Shown: positions 38,545 to 48,494, numbered from the stretch's first letter. The stretch: DNA of 64,000 bases from Terrimicrobiaceae bacterium (GCA_041752695.1 JBGSVZ010000019.1:43401-107400); one strand, 5' to 3'. Numbers and translations: made by a program. Notes: a model not told the origin generated them from the sequence alone.

Positions 38545-40863
38545 TTAGTTGCCGCTCGCTCCGGGCTCGATCGGCGACGTGGCCTGATCGAACTGGATGG
38601 GCAAAGTGATTTGTGGAGCGTCCTTGAGCGTGAGGAGCAGGAGCACGCCCAACTCGCTATCTTCTCCGACACTGTCACGCACCTGGGCGCCGAACGATGC
38701 CACCCAGCTGGAAAGGTCGCGATGGACCATGTAGCGCTGGTATTGCAGCGTGGACGACTCCATTTCGTATTGCTCGTAAAGGCTGAAACCCCAGTTGTCG
38801 TTGATCCGCCAATAGGCGTAAAAATCGATCTGGCTGTTGTCGGAGAAAAATTCGTTGCCGTTGATGTAGCGATGTCCGATTCGGAACGAGAAGTCGCGCG
38901 TCGGCATGAAATTGAGGCCGGTATTCACTTCCGTGAAACCTTGCGAAACGATGGGCAGCTGGGACTCCACATCAAGGTAGAACCAAGGCACCGGACGGAA
39001 CCGATAGACGTTAAAGACATTGGAAACATCGGCGTCCGAATACGGATTGTCGAAGTTGACATCCATAAATGTGTCGAGCTCCATCCATTGAAAGGTCTCC
39101 TGATCCCGACGCGTCTGGAGGCGGTTGCGCACCCCAAGGCGGACGATGTTCCAGGTATCAATCGTATCGATTCCTGTAAACTGCGGAAAATCGAGCGGCA
39201 AGAGGTCGGTCGAAGGCACCACGCGGTCAAATTGCAAAATGTCCTTCGGGCTCGCCCCCAAGTTATAAACCAGCGAATAGTTGGTGTAGGGCTGGACCAC
39301 ATGGCGCAGACCGTCAATGCCCAGCCAGCGAGCCTGAATGCGCTCGTAAGTGCGGGAGAATTTGGTGGAAACCTCTAGTCCAAAATTCACCACAGGCCGG
39401 AACACCGAACCCTTGTTGGTCAGGTTTGGGGTGGGGTTGTTCAGCGGAGTGCTTTCGATGGATGGTCCCGTGACTGTCTGCAGTTCCCCAGTCACCGGAT
39501 CAAATTCCTCAAATGGCGCAAAATCTTCAAAGGTCCCGCTCTTATTGTAATAGGTGAAACGGAGCCCCGCGCGGGGAGTCACGTTGAGCCAGCCGAATAG
39601 CTGCGTCGGGACGGACAACTGGTGGAACGTGTCAAAGCGGGCGGACTCGTAATCCGGGAAATCTTCCTCCCCGAATTCGGGCGTGACCGAAAACGCGCGC
39701 CGGTAACTGCCGACGCTTGTCTCGCCGTCATAATAAACTGGCAGGCCGAAAAAGCGGTGCTGCTTAAAATCAAAGACCAACTCCGGAAGACGCTCCGTCG
39801 TGTCCTGGAAGTCGTTCACCTGAAAACGCCCGATCAGGTTGAGGGTGTAAAACTCGTCCCACTTCGTCAGCGAAAGAAAGTTGTCCGGCTGGGGATCCAC
39901 GCGGAATTCATTGGGAAAATAATCTTCCAGAAAGTCCACGTCGCTGAGGACGTTGATGTCGGCCGTCGCATAGATGTCATCGGTGAGGAAAAGTCGCTGT
40001 TTGAAAGTCACGCGGTAGCGACCCTCGTCGCCCGATTCCGCCGGTTCGCCCGGCCCGCCCACCTGGCGATCCGGCTGCGTGTCGAAGCCGTAGTACGAAA
40101 TGAACTCCCCGTAACTCCGGTCGTCCTTGCCATATTTCATGGTGGCGTCGAATCCGAAAGCCGGACCAAATTCGGTCCGCATATCCGAGCGCACTTTACC
40201 GGTGATACTATTGCCGGTGCCAATGGGAAAGCTGTAGGCGGTCAGCAAATAAGCGCCCCAGCGGGAATCAAAGCCCGGGAGAAACTCAAAGCCGGAATTG
40301 TTGAGGTTCGCAAAGATGTAGGGAAACCAAAACACCGGGGTCTGCCCGATGTAGACCGTCGAGTTGGAAAAAATCACGCGGTTGTCCAGGTAGACCCGGA
40401 CGCTGCGGGACTTGATGTGGAAGTCGGGCTGCGAGGAATCGTCCGTGGTGAACATGGCATCCCTCACCGAAAATTCCCGGGCCGAAAGGGCGCGAAAGTT
40501 GAAGGCGTGGAAATACCCGGGAGGCTGCCCGCCGGAAAACTCGAGGGCGCGCATTTGTTTCGTCTCCATGTTGAAGAGAGCGCGCTGACCGGTGAGCAGT
40601 TGCTCGGGTGTGTAGAGTCGAATGTTTCCAATGAGGAGGACATCACGGGTATCGGGGTTGTACTCGGCGTAGTCGCAATAGATGCTATAGTCGCCGTAGT
40701 GGATCTGGACGTTATCCTCCGCGATGGCCACACCGCCTTCGAAACGGGTGTTTCCGTCTGCGGTGATCTCGACGGGCACGTCGCCGAAGCTGCCGAACTG
40801 CGCCAAGGCGCAAGCCGCACCGGCCAGCCAGACAAAAACCATCCACAAACAACGTATCCTCAT
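38545..40863 (-). CDS. lptD: LPS assembly outer-membrane protein LptD
   Basis: Signal peptide, OstA-like N-terminus (VEITAD), FTTDD, PVFWFPY, ERLPE, RHVVQP, GVRNRLQTRR beta-barrel segments. Confidence 0.85.
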   Translation of the reverse strand: MRIRCLWMVFVWLAGAACALAQFGSFGDVPVEITADGNTRFEGGVAIAEDNVQIHYGDYSIYCDYAEYNPDTRDVLLIGNIRLYTPEQLLTGQRALFNMETKQMRALEFSGGQPPGYFHAFNFRALSAREFSVRDAMFTTDDSSQPDFHIKSRSVRVYLDNRVIFSNSTVYIGQTPVFWFPYIFANLNNSGFEFLPGFDSRWGAYLLTAYSFPIGTGNSITGKVRSDMRTEFGPAFGFDATMKYGKDDRSYGEFISYYGFDTQPDRQVGGPGEPAESGDEGRYRVTFKQRLFLTDDIYATADINVLSDVDFLEDYFPNEFRVDPQPDNFLSLTKWDEFYTLNLIGRFQVNDFQDTTERLPELVFDFKQHRFFGLPVYYDGETSVGSYRRAFSVTPEFGEEDFPDYESARFDTFHQLSVPTQLFGWLNVTPRAGLRFTYYNKSGTFEDFAPFEEFDPVTGELQTVTGPSIESTPLNNPTPNLTNKGSVFRPVVNFGLEVSTKFSRTYERIQARWLGIDGLRHVVQPYTNYSLVYNLGASPKDILQFDRVVPSTDLLPLDFPQFTGIDTIDTWNIVRLGVRNRLQTRRDQETFQWMELDTFMDVNFDNPYSDADVSNVFNVYRFRPVPWFYLDVESQLPIVSQGFTEVNTGLNFMPTRDFSFRIGHRYINGNEFFSDNSQIDFYAYWRINDNWGFSLYEQYEMESSTLQYQRYMVHRDLSSWVASFGAQVRDSVGEDSELGVLLLLTLKDAPQITLPIQFDQATSPIEPGASGN

Positions 40864-40973
40864 GCAGAAGTCGGAGGCTATTTTCCCCACTTGCGCTGGC
40901 AAGAGAAAAACAGACCGTTCGCAGGCCTGATGGCGGGAATAAAATCGCCCGCGGCGGGGTTCAGCCCTCCCGA

Positions 40974-41465
40974 TCACTCGGAACCCTCAAGAATTTCCAG
41001 CAGCCAATGCTGGATCAAGCCGTAGAAATGGATCTGCACGAGGGCCAGATCCCGTTCATCGAGACTGTCCCGCGCCCCATGACGGTCCATGTCCTGTTCG
41101 TCAAACCCATGGTGGGCGGCCAGAGCGAGCCGCACCTGGTTGAGGGCATTCAGCCAGGCTTCCGCGTGCTTTCGCGAAAACTCCATGGCAAAGCTCTCCC
41201 CGTCCTCGGCCATCCCGCGCAGGTCGGCCTCCACCATCTGGCGGGTGGATAAAAAATAGTCGTGCAGCTCGGGTTCGACGAACGCCTGCCAGTCGGCGCG
41301 CAGTTCCGTCTCGGCGGACCCGGGAGCCGGACTCGGAAAAATCCGGTTCTCCGCTTCATCCGATTCCCATTCGGTCCAGCGGGGAATCTGACGCAATAAC
41401 TCCGCCACCACCGGCGGGATCTCCCGCATGCCGAGCTTGCCGTCCTCTGTCTCGTAGAATTCCAT
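40974..41465 (-). CDS. DUF2017-like protein
   Basis: RIFPSP, AEAWLNALNQVRLAL, C-terminal FYGLIQHWLLE; directly downstream of clpS. Confidence 0.7.
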   Translation of the reverse strand: MEFYETEDGKLGMREIPPVVAELLRQIPRWTEWESDEAENRIFPSPAPGSAETELRADWQAFVEPELHDYFLSTRQMVEADLRGMAEDGESFAMEFSRKHAEAWLNALNQVRLALAAHHGFDEQDMDRHGARDSLDERDLALVQIHFYGLIQHWLLEILEGSE

Positions 41466-41469
41466 GGAA

Positions 41470-41760
41470 TCAGCGGCTGCGTTCAAGCGTAGCCAGAAGA
41501 AGGTGGGAATGGAGCTGCTGGACGTAAAACTCCGCCTTCTCGCGTGTCCCCGACCAAACGATGGAACGCCCATTGCGATGCACCTCCATCATGTGCTTTT
41601 CCGCTTTTGTCCGGGAAAAGCCAAAAATCCTCCGGAAGACATGCGTCACGTAATTCATGAGATTCACCGGATCGTTGTGCACCACGACGTTCCAGGGGAG
41701 GTCTCTCGCCACTTCGTCGAGGGTCTCGGCGGCGGGGGTTTCGTAGGTCTCGGTGGCCAT
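41470..41760 (-). CDS. clpS: ATP-dependent Clp protease adaptor ClpS
   Basis: PWNVVVHNDPVNLMNYVTHVF, MMEVHRNGRS, REKAEFYV. Confidence 0.93.
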   Translation of the reverse strand: MATETYETPAAETLDEVARDLPWNVVVHNDPVNLMNYVTHVFRRIFGFSRTKAEKHMMEVHRNGRSIVWSGTREKAEFYVQQLHSHLLLATLERSR

Positions 41761-41762
41761 CG

Positions 41763-42344
41763 TCAGGCAGCCCGCAAATGTGAACCCCGGTTCCGGGGCT
41801 GCGCTCCCGCGATCATTTCCGCCCAATCCCGGGCCGTGCCGTCCGGGTTGCCCCCGCGCGCTTCCAAAAACAACAACGCCGAAACCGCCGCACCCCGGGG
41901 CAGATGGAAGGCACCGGCGCGCACCGCCAGCATCACCGCAAAGTGTCCCGGCAACTCTCCCGCTCCCACGCGATCCCGGTGGTGCATCCAGATTTTTTCC
42001 GCGTTGGGCACGGTATATTCCGCCGCGAGCCGCCTTCCCGCCCGGCGACTGGCCTCCGCCAGTTCCGGAGGCAGAGCGACATCAAGGGCGGCATCGCTGG
42101 CCGCCAGTTCCTTGCGGTGCCCCTGCACAAACGCCGTAAATGCTGACTCAAAAGCCGGCAGAACCGACGGGAAAAAAATCGTATCCCGCCACACCGCCCA
42201 ATCCGTGATCGGTGGCCGGAACGTCAGCCGCCCCGCCGACTCCCAATCCGGGTGGCAGAGCCTCGCTGCCCTCAGCAACTCGACGTGCGGGTCACTCGCA
42301 TCCAGCGGGCTGGCGTCCGGTTTGGCGTTTTTGGAAATCATCAA
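41763..42344 (-). CDS. UreF-like helical protein
   Basis: EASRRAGRRL and HFAVMLAVRAGAF resemble urease accessory UreF segments. Confidence 0.45.
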   Translation of the reverse strand: MMISKNAKPDASPLDASDPHVELLRAARLCHPDWESAGRLTFRPPITDWAVWRDTIFFPSVLPAFESAFTAFVQGHRKELAASDAALDVALPPELAEASRRAGRRLAAEYTVPNAEKIWMHHRDRVGAGELPGHFAVMLAVRAGAFHLPRGAAVSALLFLEARGGNPDGTARDWAEMIAGAQPRNRGSHLRAA

Positions 42345-42353
42345 TGCCGGACT

Positions 42354-42791
42354 TCATACCATCTTCCTCGCGTACTTGAAAATCTGTTCCTGCATCCGCG
42401 CCATTTCTTTTGCCTCAGGCGGTTCCAGGTCGTCCCATCCGCCGAGGTGAAGCAGACCGTGGATGTAACAAAGCGCCGCTTCCTCGTTCGGGGTACGGTT
42501 GTAACGCCGGGCGTTTTCCGTCACCACGCCAGCCCCAAGGAGGATCTCCCCATGATGAAACGTGATCACATCCGTCGGCTCGGGATCGGAAAAAAACTCG
42601 TCATGGACCCGCCCGATGGCGCGGTTGCTTAGAATGGTGGCCTCCACCTCCCGCAATCCGCAAAGGGGGGCGTCTGGCAGGCGCGTCGCCGCCAGGCAAG
42701 CGGGGCGTGCGAAGGTGACGAACCGCAGAATGAACGCGGTGTCGAACGGCCGCACTCTCTGTCTGTTGGACAGGGACAGCGCCGGTCTCAT
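42354..42791 (-). CDS. ybeY: rRNA maturation RNase YbeY
   Basis: PTDVITF, GEI, IHGLLHLGGWDD; phoH operon context. Confidence 0.9.
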   Translation of the reverse strand: MRPALSLSNRQRVRPFDTAFILRFVTFARPACLAATRLPDAPLCGLREVEATILSNRAIGRVHDEFFSDPEPTDVITFHHGEILLGAGVVTENARRYNRTPNEEAALCYIHGLLHLGGWDDLEPPEAKEMARMQEQIFKYARKMV

Positions 42792-42802
42792 GGAGTCCTG
42801 CC

Positions 42803-44389
42803 TCAGGCCGCGGACTGCTCGCGGCGGCTGGCGGGATTGGACTCCTTTTCCTCACGCTTCGACGGATATGCAATGCGCGAGTGGAGCATGTTGACGAGGG
42901 AGAACCGGAAACTTTCCGCCACCTTGCGAATGTCGGCCAGAGTGAGCGGACACTCGTCGAGTTGGTGTTCGGCGATGCGACTGTCGATAATCCCCTTAAT
43001 CAGGTCCTCGATGCGCTGCGGGGTCGGACGTTCCATCGAACGCGAGGCACTTTCCACGGCATCGGCGAGACTGACGATCGCCGCCTCCTTATTTTGGGGC
43101 CGGGGTCCGGGGTAGCGGAAACTTTCTTCCTTCACGTCAGGGATGTCTTCTTCCCGCATGTTCATGATCTTGCCGCCCAGCCGCGCGTCGTTCTGCTGCT
43201 GGAGGGCCCGTTGGTGGAAATACGCAACCATCGATGTGCCGTGGTGCTGCTGGATCACGTCCACGATCTCGCCGTTGAGGCGGTTTTTCAGCGCCAGATC
43301 CACCCCTTCCTTCACGTGGGCAATGATGATGAGGGCGCTCATCGTTGGCGTGAGTTCGTCGTGCGGATTGTGCCCGGGGCGCATGTTTTCCGTGAAATAT
43401 TCCGGCTTCACCAACTTCCCAATGTCATGAAAATACGCACTCACGCGGCACATCGTCGGATTGGCCCCCACTTTTTCCGCCGCAGCCTCCGCCAGATTTG
43501 CCACGGCGAGACTATGATGATAGGTGCCTGGGGCCTCCATGCTCATGCGTTTGAGGAGAGGGTGGTTCAAATCGGCCATCTCCAACCAGGAAATGTCGGT
43601 CGTGATGCGGAAGACATTTTCCAGCACAGGGATGAGTCCGCTGGCCAGCACTGCCGTGCCAAAACCGGTCGCCACCGCCGCAAGGCTTTGCCAGCCGATC
43701 ATTTTCCAATCCGTCTGGCCCAGGGATTCCCAGATCACCGGCCCAATCTGCCCAAAGGCCGCTGCGAGAATCCACGTGGCGATCCCGACATAAACACCAG
43801 CCCGAATCAACCGACTCCGACGGCGCACCTGAATGGTCACATACACCGCAATGAATCCCGTGATCAATGAAGTCACGAGAAAGATGGGATCAATGCGGCC
43901 CACGAGGAGCGAACCCCAGAGGCTGGCAAAAACTGCGGCGAACAGGCCATGGTTTTTCCCCAGCAGGACGGATAAGACCAACGGCGCAAAAGCGAAAGGC
44001 ACTAGCAGCGGGACCAACTGAAGATCAATCCGGCCCGCGGTCGCCTGGACAAGGACGATCTTGATCATGGCGAGCTGAAAGAGGAGCACCCCAAAAACCA
44101 AGGTCAGCCGGGAGTTTCCCCCGAGGGTATTCGGTTCGTTGATCCAGAGTTGGGCGACGGCGGTGACGAAGATCAGCAGGCAGAGGAGGAACTTCTTGGC
44201 CGGCTCTTCCTGCACGCCGGTGAAAATGAGGAGCGCGAGGCCGGCGACGAAGGCGGCGAAAATCAGGGCACGAACGGGCCAGCCGCATTCCAGCGCGACC
44301 GAGAGCTCGTTATCCGAGACGGTGCGGCGGGTTTTGCTGCAGGCCATGCCCTTTTCGACGAGCCGGCGACGTTGTAGGAAATTCCACAT
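42803..44389 (-). CDS. 7TM-HD (HDIG) phosphohydrolase, PgpH-like
   Basis: Multi-TM N-terminus; EAPGTYHHSL, YFHDIGK, HVKEG, QHHGT, FRYPGPRP, LADAVESASRS, RIAYP. Confidence 0.9.
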   Translation of the reverse strand: MWNFLQRRRLVEKGMACSKTRRTVSDNELSVALECGWPVRALIFAAFVAGLALLIFTGVQEEPAKKFLLCLLIFVTAVAQLWINEPNTLGGNSRLTLVFGVLLFQLAMIKIVLVQATAGRIDLQLVPLLVPFAFAPLVLSVLLGKNHGLFAAVFASLWGSLLVGRIDPIFLVTSLITGFIAVYVTIQVRRRSRLIRAGVYVGIATWILAAAFGQIGPVIWESLGQTDWKMIGWQSLAAVATGFGTAVLASGLIPVLENVFRITTDISWLEMADLNHPLLKRMSMEAPGTYHHSLAVANLAEAAAEKVGANPTMCRVSAYFHDIGKLVKPEYFTENMRPGHNPHDELTPTMSALIIIAHVKEGVDLALKNRLNGEIVDVIQQHHGTSMVAYFHQRALQQQNDARLGGKIMNMREEDIPDVKEESFRYPGPRPQNKEAAIVSLADAVESASRSMERPTPQRIEDLIKGIIDSRIAEHQLDECPLTLADIRKVAESFRFSLVNMLHSRIAYPSKREEKESNPASRREQSAA

Positions 44390-44414
44390 TGGTGCAAACG
44401 GGTCAAAGCTACGC

Positions 44415-45395
44415 TTAAATCAGACTGTCCTGCAACCCACGATGTTCCCGGTAGGCGTGGATGATTTTTTGCACCAAAGGATGCCGGACGACGTCAGCCT
44501 CCTCGAAAAAGTGAAACCCGATGCCCTCGACTTTGCGCAGGGCCTCCGCCGCTTCGACCAGCCCGCTGCGTTTGTTGCGCGGCAAATCAATCTGGGTGCG
44601 GTCGCCCGTCACCACACATTTTGAGCCCTCGCCGAGGCGGGTCAGGAACATAAACATCTGCTCCGTGGTGGTGTTTTGCGCCTCGTCGAGCACGACAAAG
44701 GCGTTCGCGAGCGTGCGGCCACGCATGTAAGCGAGCGGGGCGATTTCGATCACACCCCGGTCCATGAACTTCTGGATTTCCTCCAGATCGAGCATGTCGT
44801 TGAGGGCGTCGTACAGCGGACGCAGATAGGGCAGAATTTTTTCCTGAAGATCCCCTGGCAAAAATCCGAGGGCCTCACCCGCTTCCACGGCCGGACGCGT
44901 CAGGACGATGCGGCTGACTTTTTCCTGTTTGAGAGCCTGCACAGCCATCGCCATGGCCAGGTAGGTTTTACCGGTCCCAGCAGGCCCGATACCGAAGGTG
45001 ATGTCCCGGGCGAGGATGGATTGCAGATACTCCCGCTGACCCTTCGTTTTCGGCACGATGGGGGACCGTTTGGGGGAGCACTGAATGCGAAAATCCACGA
45101 GATTCCCAAGGGCCTCCCCGTTCTTGCTCACGGCATTCAGGGCGGTCTGAAATTCATGCCGCTTCACCGCGACGCCCCGCTGACGGGCGGCATCGAGCTG
45201 TTCGAAAACCTTGCGAGCGCGGCCGACATTTTCCTCGCCACCCTCAATGCGCAACCAGCCGTCGCGGGAGGTGACGCGGACGGAAAGGGCCGTTTCGAGT
45301 TCCCGCAGCAGTTTGTCGTCGCCGCCATAGAGCGCCTGGACCGCGCGGGCGTTCTCAAACTCCAGCGTGAGGGCCTCGATGTTATTTGTAGCCAT
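44415..45395 (-). CDS. phoH: PhoH family ATPase
   Basis: GPAGTGKTYLA, RPAVEAGEALGFLPG, EIAPLAYMRGRT, LDEAQN, VVRHPLV. Confidence 0.95.
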   Translation of the reverse strand: MATNNIEALTLEFENARAVQALYGGDDKLLRELETALSVRVTSRDGWLRIEGGEENVGRARKVFEQLDAARQRGVAVKRHEFQTALNAVSKNGEALGNLVDFRIQCSPKRSPIVPKTKGQREYLQSILARDITFGIGPAGTGKTYLAMAMAVQALKQEKVSRIVLTRPAVEAGEALGFLPGDLQEKILPYLRPLYDALNDMLDLEEIQKFMDRGVIEIAPLAYMRGRTLANAFVVLDEAQNTTTEQMFMFLTRLGEGSKCVVTGDRTQIDLPRNKRSGLVEAAEALRKVEGIGFHFFEEADVVRHPLVQKIIHAYREHRGLQDSLI

Positions 45396-45813
45396 AGACG
45401 AGCGCCCAGTTGGAGCGCTCTTCGGAAGATTTTTCCACGGTGACGATGGCATAATACGTGCCCGTCTTCGTGGGAGTCACCTTCGCACCCGCGAAACGCC
45501 CCTTTTGGAACGCCTCGCTTTCGGCCAGTTTGCCGTTGGAATCATACACATGCACAGTGATCACGGCGCCCCGCGTATCTGTGCCCAAACAAAACCAGTA
45601 TTCGTTGCCTTTGAAAAGCTGGGCCGTGACGGCCTGCTGATCCTTGACCCCAAGATCACCACCCCAGGCGTCCTCACGGATTGTGTAGCCCTGCTTCACA
45701 TACGGAAGGGCTGCCTCGTGGGCGAAGGAAAGCGCATCGTCCACCGCCGCCCATGCCGCAGAAAGACCGAGGGTGACCAGCGCCAGGGTGAGAAAAAATT
45801 TGGGAAGTTTCAT
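45382..45813 (-). CDS. Hypothetical secreted beta-rich protein
   Basis: Signal peptide MKLPKFFLTLALVTLGLSAAWA; overlaps phoH start and upstream stop. Confidence 0.75.
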   Translation of the reverse strand: MKLPKFFLTLALVTLGLSAAWAAVDDALSFAHEAALPYVKQGYTIREDAWGGDLGVKDQQAVTAQLFKGNEYWFCLGTDTRGAVITVHVYDSNGKLAESEAFQKGRFAGAKVTPTKTGTYYAIVTVEKSSEERSNWALVYGYK

Positions 45814-46607
45814 TCCTGGCCGGAGGTGATGACCGTGACGGTATCGGCCGTCATCTTATTAACTTTCTGCACGCTTCCCACCGGGATTCCCCCCTTGGTG
45901 ATGAGCGGACGGATGTCCCGCAGGAGCTTCCGAACGCGCGTGACCAACTCCTCTTTTTTGAGGCGCGAGCTGCGCATTTCGTCAATTCGGCGGCTGAAAT
46001 AGGCGATTAACTCGGGCTGGTTGAGCAACTCAGCACCGTCCGGCGTGTAGTTTTTGCTGACAATGGAGGTCAGCACTTCCGTGCCGCGAATCCAACCGCC
46101 AAGGCTCACCAGTTGGGCGAGATCGTCGTCGCCGAGTTCGGCCATGGCGGCCCGAACATCTTGCAACGCACCGTCCAGTTCGCTCCGCACAGACTTCCAG
46201 TTTTTGGCGTCCGCTTTTTCGATGATGCTTTTGCTCCGGGCAATCACGGCTTTGCGCACGTTGATGGCGTCGGCCAGCACGAGCACCTCCTGACCAATGT
46301 CCTTCACACGCTGGGAGTCTTCCGCCTCCACGGCGACAAACCCTTCGGCAATCACCGTGCCGAGCAGGAGGGCGACCTGGGCGCGATTGCCAGTATTCGT
46401 GCCAAGCGACTCGCGCATCTCCCCCTTCCAGTTGGGCGAACCCAGTTTATCGAGGACGTTAAAGACCTCACTGGGAACCGGCACGACCACTTCGTCCACC
46501 GCCGTGGCGGGGAATTTCGAGAGGTCAACGGTTTGCGGCGGCGTCTGGGCAGCCGCCCCGGAGAGGGCAAGGCCGCAGAAGGCAGCAGTAATCAAGCGTG
46601 GCAGCAT
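45810..46607 (-). CDS. Hypothetical secreted helical protein
   Basis: Start MLPRLITAAFCGLALSGAAA (signal peptide); VPVPSEVF, LVSLGGWIRG; ORF-track 5' extension is antisense to the heptose kinase gene. Confidence 0.75.
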   Translation of the reverse strand: MLPRLITAAFCGLALSGAAAQTPPQTVDLSKFPATAVDEVVVPVPSEVFNVLDKLGSPNWKGEMRESLGTNTGNRAQVALLLGTVIAEGFVAVEAEDSQRVKDIGQEVLVLADAINVRKAVIARSKSIIEKADAKNWKSVRSELDGALQDVRAAMAELGDDDLAQLVSLGGWIRGTEVLTSIVSKNYTPDGAELLNQPELIAYFSRRIDEMRSSRLKKEELVTRVRKLLRDIRPLITKGGIPVGSVQKVNKMTADTVTVITSGQE

Positions 46608-46664
46608 GGGAAAAATAAGCTTCGCTGTGGGGCGTGACCCCGGTAAAAGCGCGCGCATCATTAG

Positions 46665-47672
46665 ATGAATCTTCAAAGAATACAACACCTTCTTGACCGC
46701 GCACGCAAGCAGCGCTTGCTGGTCATCGGCGACGTCATGCTCGACGAATTTGTCTGGGGCAAGGTTTCCCGCATCTCCCCGGAAGCTCCCGTGCCCGTCG
46801 TAGAGGTGGTCAGCGAGTCCAGTTACCCCGGCGGAGCGGCCAATGTCGCCCGCAACCTCCGGCCTTTTTGCGATTCCGTACATATCAGCGGGCTTATCGG
46901 TTGTGACACCCATGCCGGACGCCTGAAAACCCTCCTCGCCGAGGAAGGCATCGCCACGGACGGACTCATCGAGTCGCCCGACCTGCCCACCATCGTCAAA
47001 ACCCGCATCATCGCCCGCCAGCAGCAGGTTGTGCGGGTGGACCGCGAGAATCGACGCCCCGCCGCCCCTGAGACCCTCGAGGCCGCCTGCGTCCGCATTG
47101 CCTCCCTCCTGCCCGAGGTGGACGGCGTCATCCTCGAAGATTACGGCAAGGGCTTTCTGACCCAGGAGTTTGTCACCCGTGTCGGGTCCATGACGGCCGA
47201 GGCCGGCAAAATCCTTACCGCCGACCCCAACCCGGGTAATCCCCTCACCTGGCACAACGTCACCACCCTCAAACCCAACCGCTCTGAGGCCTTTGCCATG
47301 GCCGGTCTGGCCGACCCCGGCGCGATGGACGATCCCCTCACAGATGCCCCCCTGCAGCACGTGGGCGCAAAGCTGCTGGAACGTTTCCAGATCCCGTCCC
47401 TGCTCATCACCTTGAGCGAACACGGCATGATCCTGTTTGACCGTGCGGCCGCCCCCTACCACACCCCCACCAGGGCACGCGAAGTCTTTGACGTTTCTGG
47501 TGCCGGGGACACCGCCATCGCCCTTTTCACCGCTGCGCTTTGCGCCGGGGCGACTCTCCAGGAAGCGGCCGAGATCTCCAACCACGCCTCCGGGGTGGTC
47601 GTGAGCAAACTCGGCACCGCCACTCTTACCCCCGGGGAACTCATCGCCAGCTTCGAAAACAATGCGTCCTGA
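46665..47672 (+). CDS. rfaE1: D-glycero-beta-D-manno-heptose-7-phosphate kinase (HldE kinase domain only)
   Basis: IGDVMLDEF, RISPEAPVPVV, GGAANVARN, DYGKG, VFDVSGAGDT. Confidence 0.92.
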   Translation: MNLQRIQHLLDRARKQRLLVIGDVMLDEFVWGKVSRISPEAPVPVVEVVSESSYPGGAANVARNLRPFCDSVHISGLIGCDTHAGRLKTLLAEEGIATDGLIESPDLPTIVKTRIIARQQQVVRVDRENRRPAAPETLEAACVRIASLLPEVDGVILEDYGKGFLTQEFVTRVGSMTAEAGKILTADPNPGNPLTWHNVTTLKPNRSEAFAMAGLADPGAMDDPLTDAPLQHVGAKLLERFQIPSLLITLSEHGMILFDRAAAPYHTPTRAREVFDVSGAGDTAIALFTAALCAGATLQEAAEISNHASGVVVSKLGTATLTPGELIASFENNAS

Positions 47673-47686
47673 GCAGAATGCAGCTC

Positions 47687-47762
47687 ACAGAAGCAAACGA
47701 AGACAACGAAGTGGGCGTAACCAGTCCCCTCGATACCCTTCGTTCCCTTCGTTTCCTTTTGT
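47687..47762. repeat. Intergenic imperfect inverted repeat built of 9-mers (ACGAAG units)
   Basis: Left arm ACAGAAGCAAACGAAGACAACGAAG vs reverse complement of right arm ACAAAAGGAAACGAAGGGAACGAAG, 21/25 identical. Confidence 0.75.
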
Positions 47763-47798
47763 AAAAACTCTTCTTTCCTTCTGTTAGTGGCTTCCAGC

Positions 47799-48341
47799 AT
47801 GAATCCCCCAAACACCCGCCGCGCCGTCTTTTTTGACCGCGACGGAACCCTCATGCGCGAGGAGGACTACTGCCGCCATCCTTCGCAAGTCCACGCCATC
47901 CCCGGGGCCGACGCCGCCCTTGGCGCCCTCCACGCCGCCGGCTGGCTCGCCATCATCATCACCAACCAAAGCGGCATTGGCCGCGGCTATTTCACCCTCG
48001 CCGACTACGAAGCGGTGAATGCCGAACTTTTCCACCAACTCGGCCAATCCCTGCCCGCCTACTGCTGCGCCGACCACCCCGACACTCCCACCCCACGCCG
48101 CAAGCCAGGCACGGGCATGATCGATGAAGCCATCCGCGACCACGGCATTGATCCTGCGCAGTCCTGGATGATCGGCGACAAGGATATCGACATCACCGCC
48201 GGCCGCGGCGCCGGGTGCCGTACCATCCTCGTCGTCACCGGCTACGGCGAAAAGCACCGCGCCTGCGGAGCCGACCTTGTCGCCCGGGACGTTGTCGAAG
48301 CCATCAGCTTCATCCTCGGAAACACTCCATCCTCTTCGTAG
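47799..48341 (+). CDS. gmhB: D,D-heptose 1,7-bisphosphate phosphatase (HAD)
   Basis: FFDRDGTL, ITNQSGIGRG, RRKPGTGM, MIGDKDID; next to heptose kinase. Confidence 0.88.
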   Translation: MNPPNTRRAVFFDRDGTLMREEDYCRHPSQVHAIPGADAALGALHAAGWLAIIITNQSGIGRGYFTLADYEAVNAELFHQLGQSLPAYCCADHPDTPTPRRKPGTGMIDEAIRDHGIDPAQSWMIGDKDIDITAGRGAGCRTILVVTGYGEKHRACGADLVARDVVEAISFILGNTPSSS

Positions 48342-48363
48342 GGGCGAGGCTCGTCCACGCCCT
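48338..48363. repeat. Degenerate GTAG-type REP-like palindrome providing the gmhB stop codon
   Basis: GTAGGGGCG-aggctcgtcca-CGCCC. Confidence 0.45.
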
Positions 48364-48494
48364 TGTCCAAGGCAGAGGCGCGACCCTCCAAGGCAAGACA
48401 AGGGTCTTTCCGGCGCAAGTCTATCCCGCCTTAATATGGCACAGCGCGACGAGAAACCAGACCGAGGCGCATCTTCGGGTACACTTAGACATGG

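Noticed and set aside
42425..42465. YbeY third His replaced by Asp (HGLLHLGGWDD)
   Set aside because: A variant I recall from other lineages; not evidence of inactivation or novelty
46608..47585. N-terminal 326 aa of the 591-aa minus ORF
   Set aside because: Mostly antisense to the heptose kinase gene; a signal-peptide start at 46607 is more plausible
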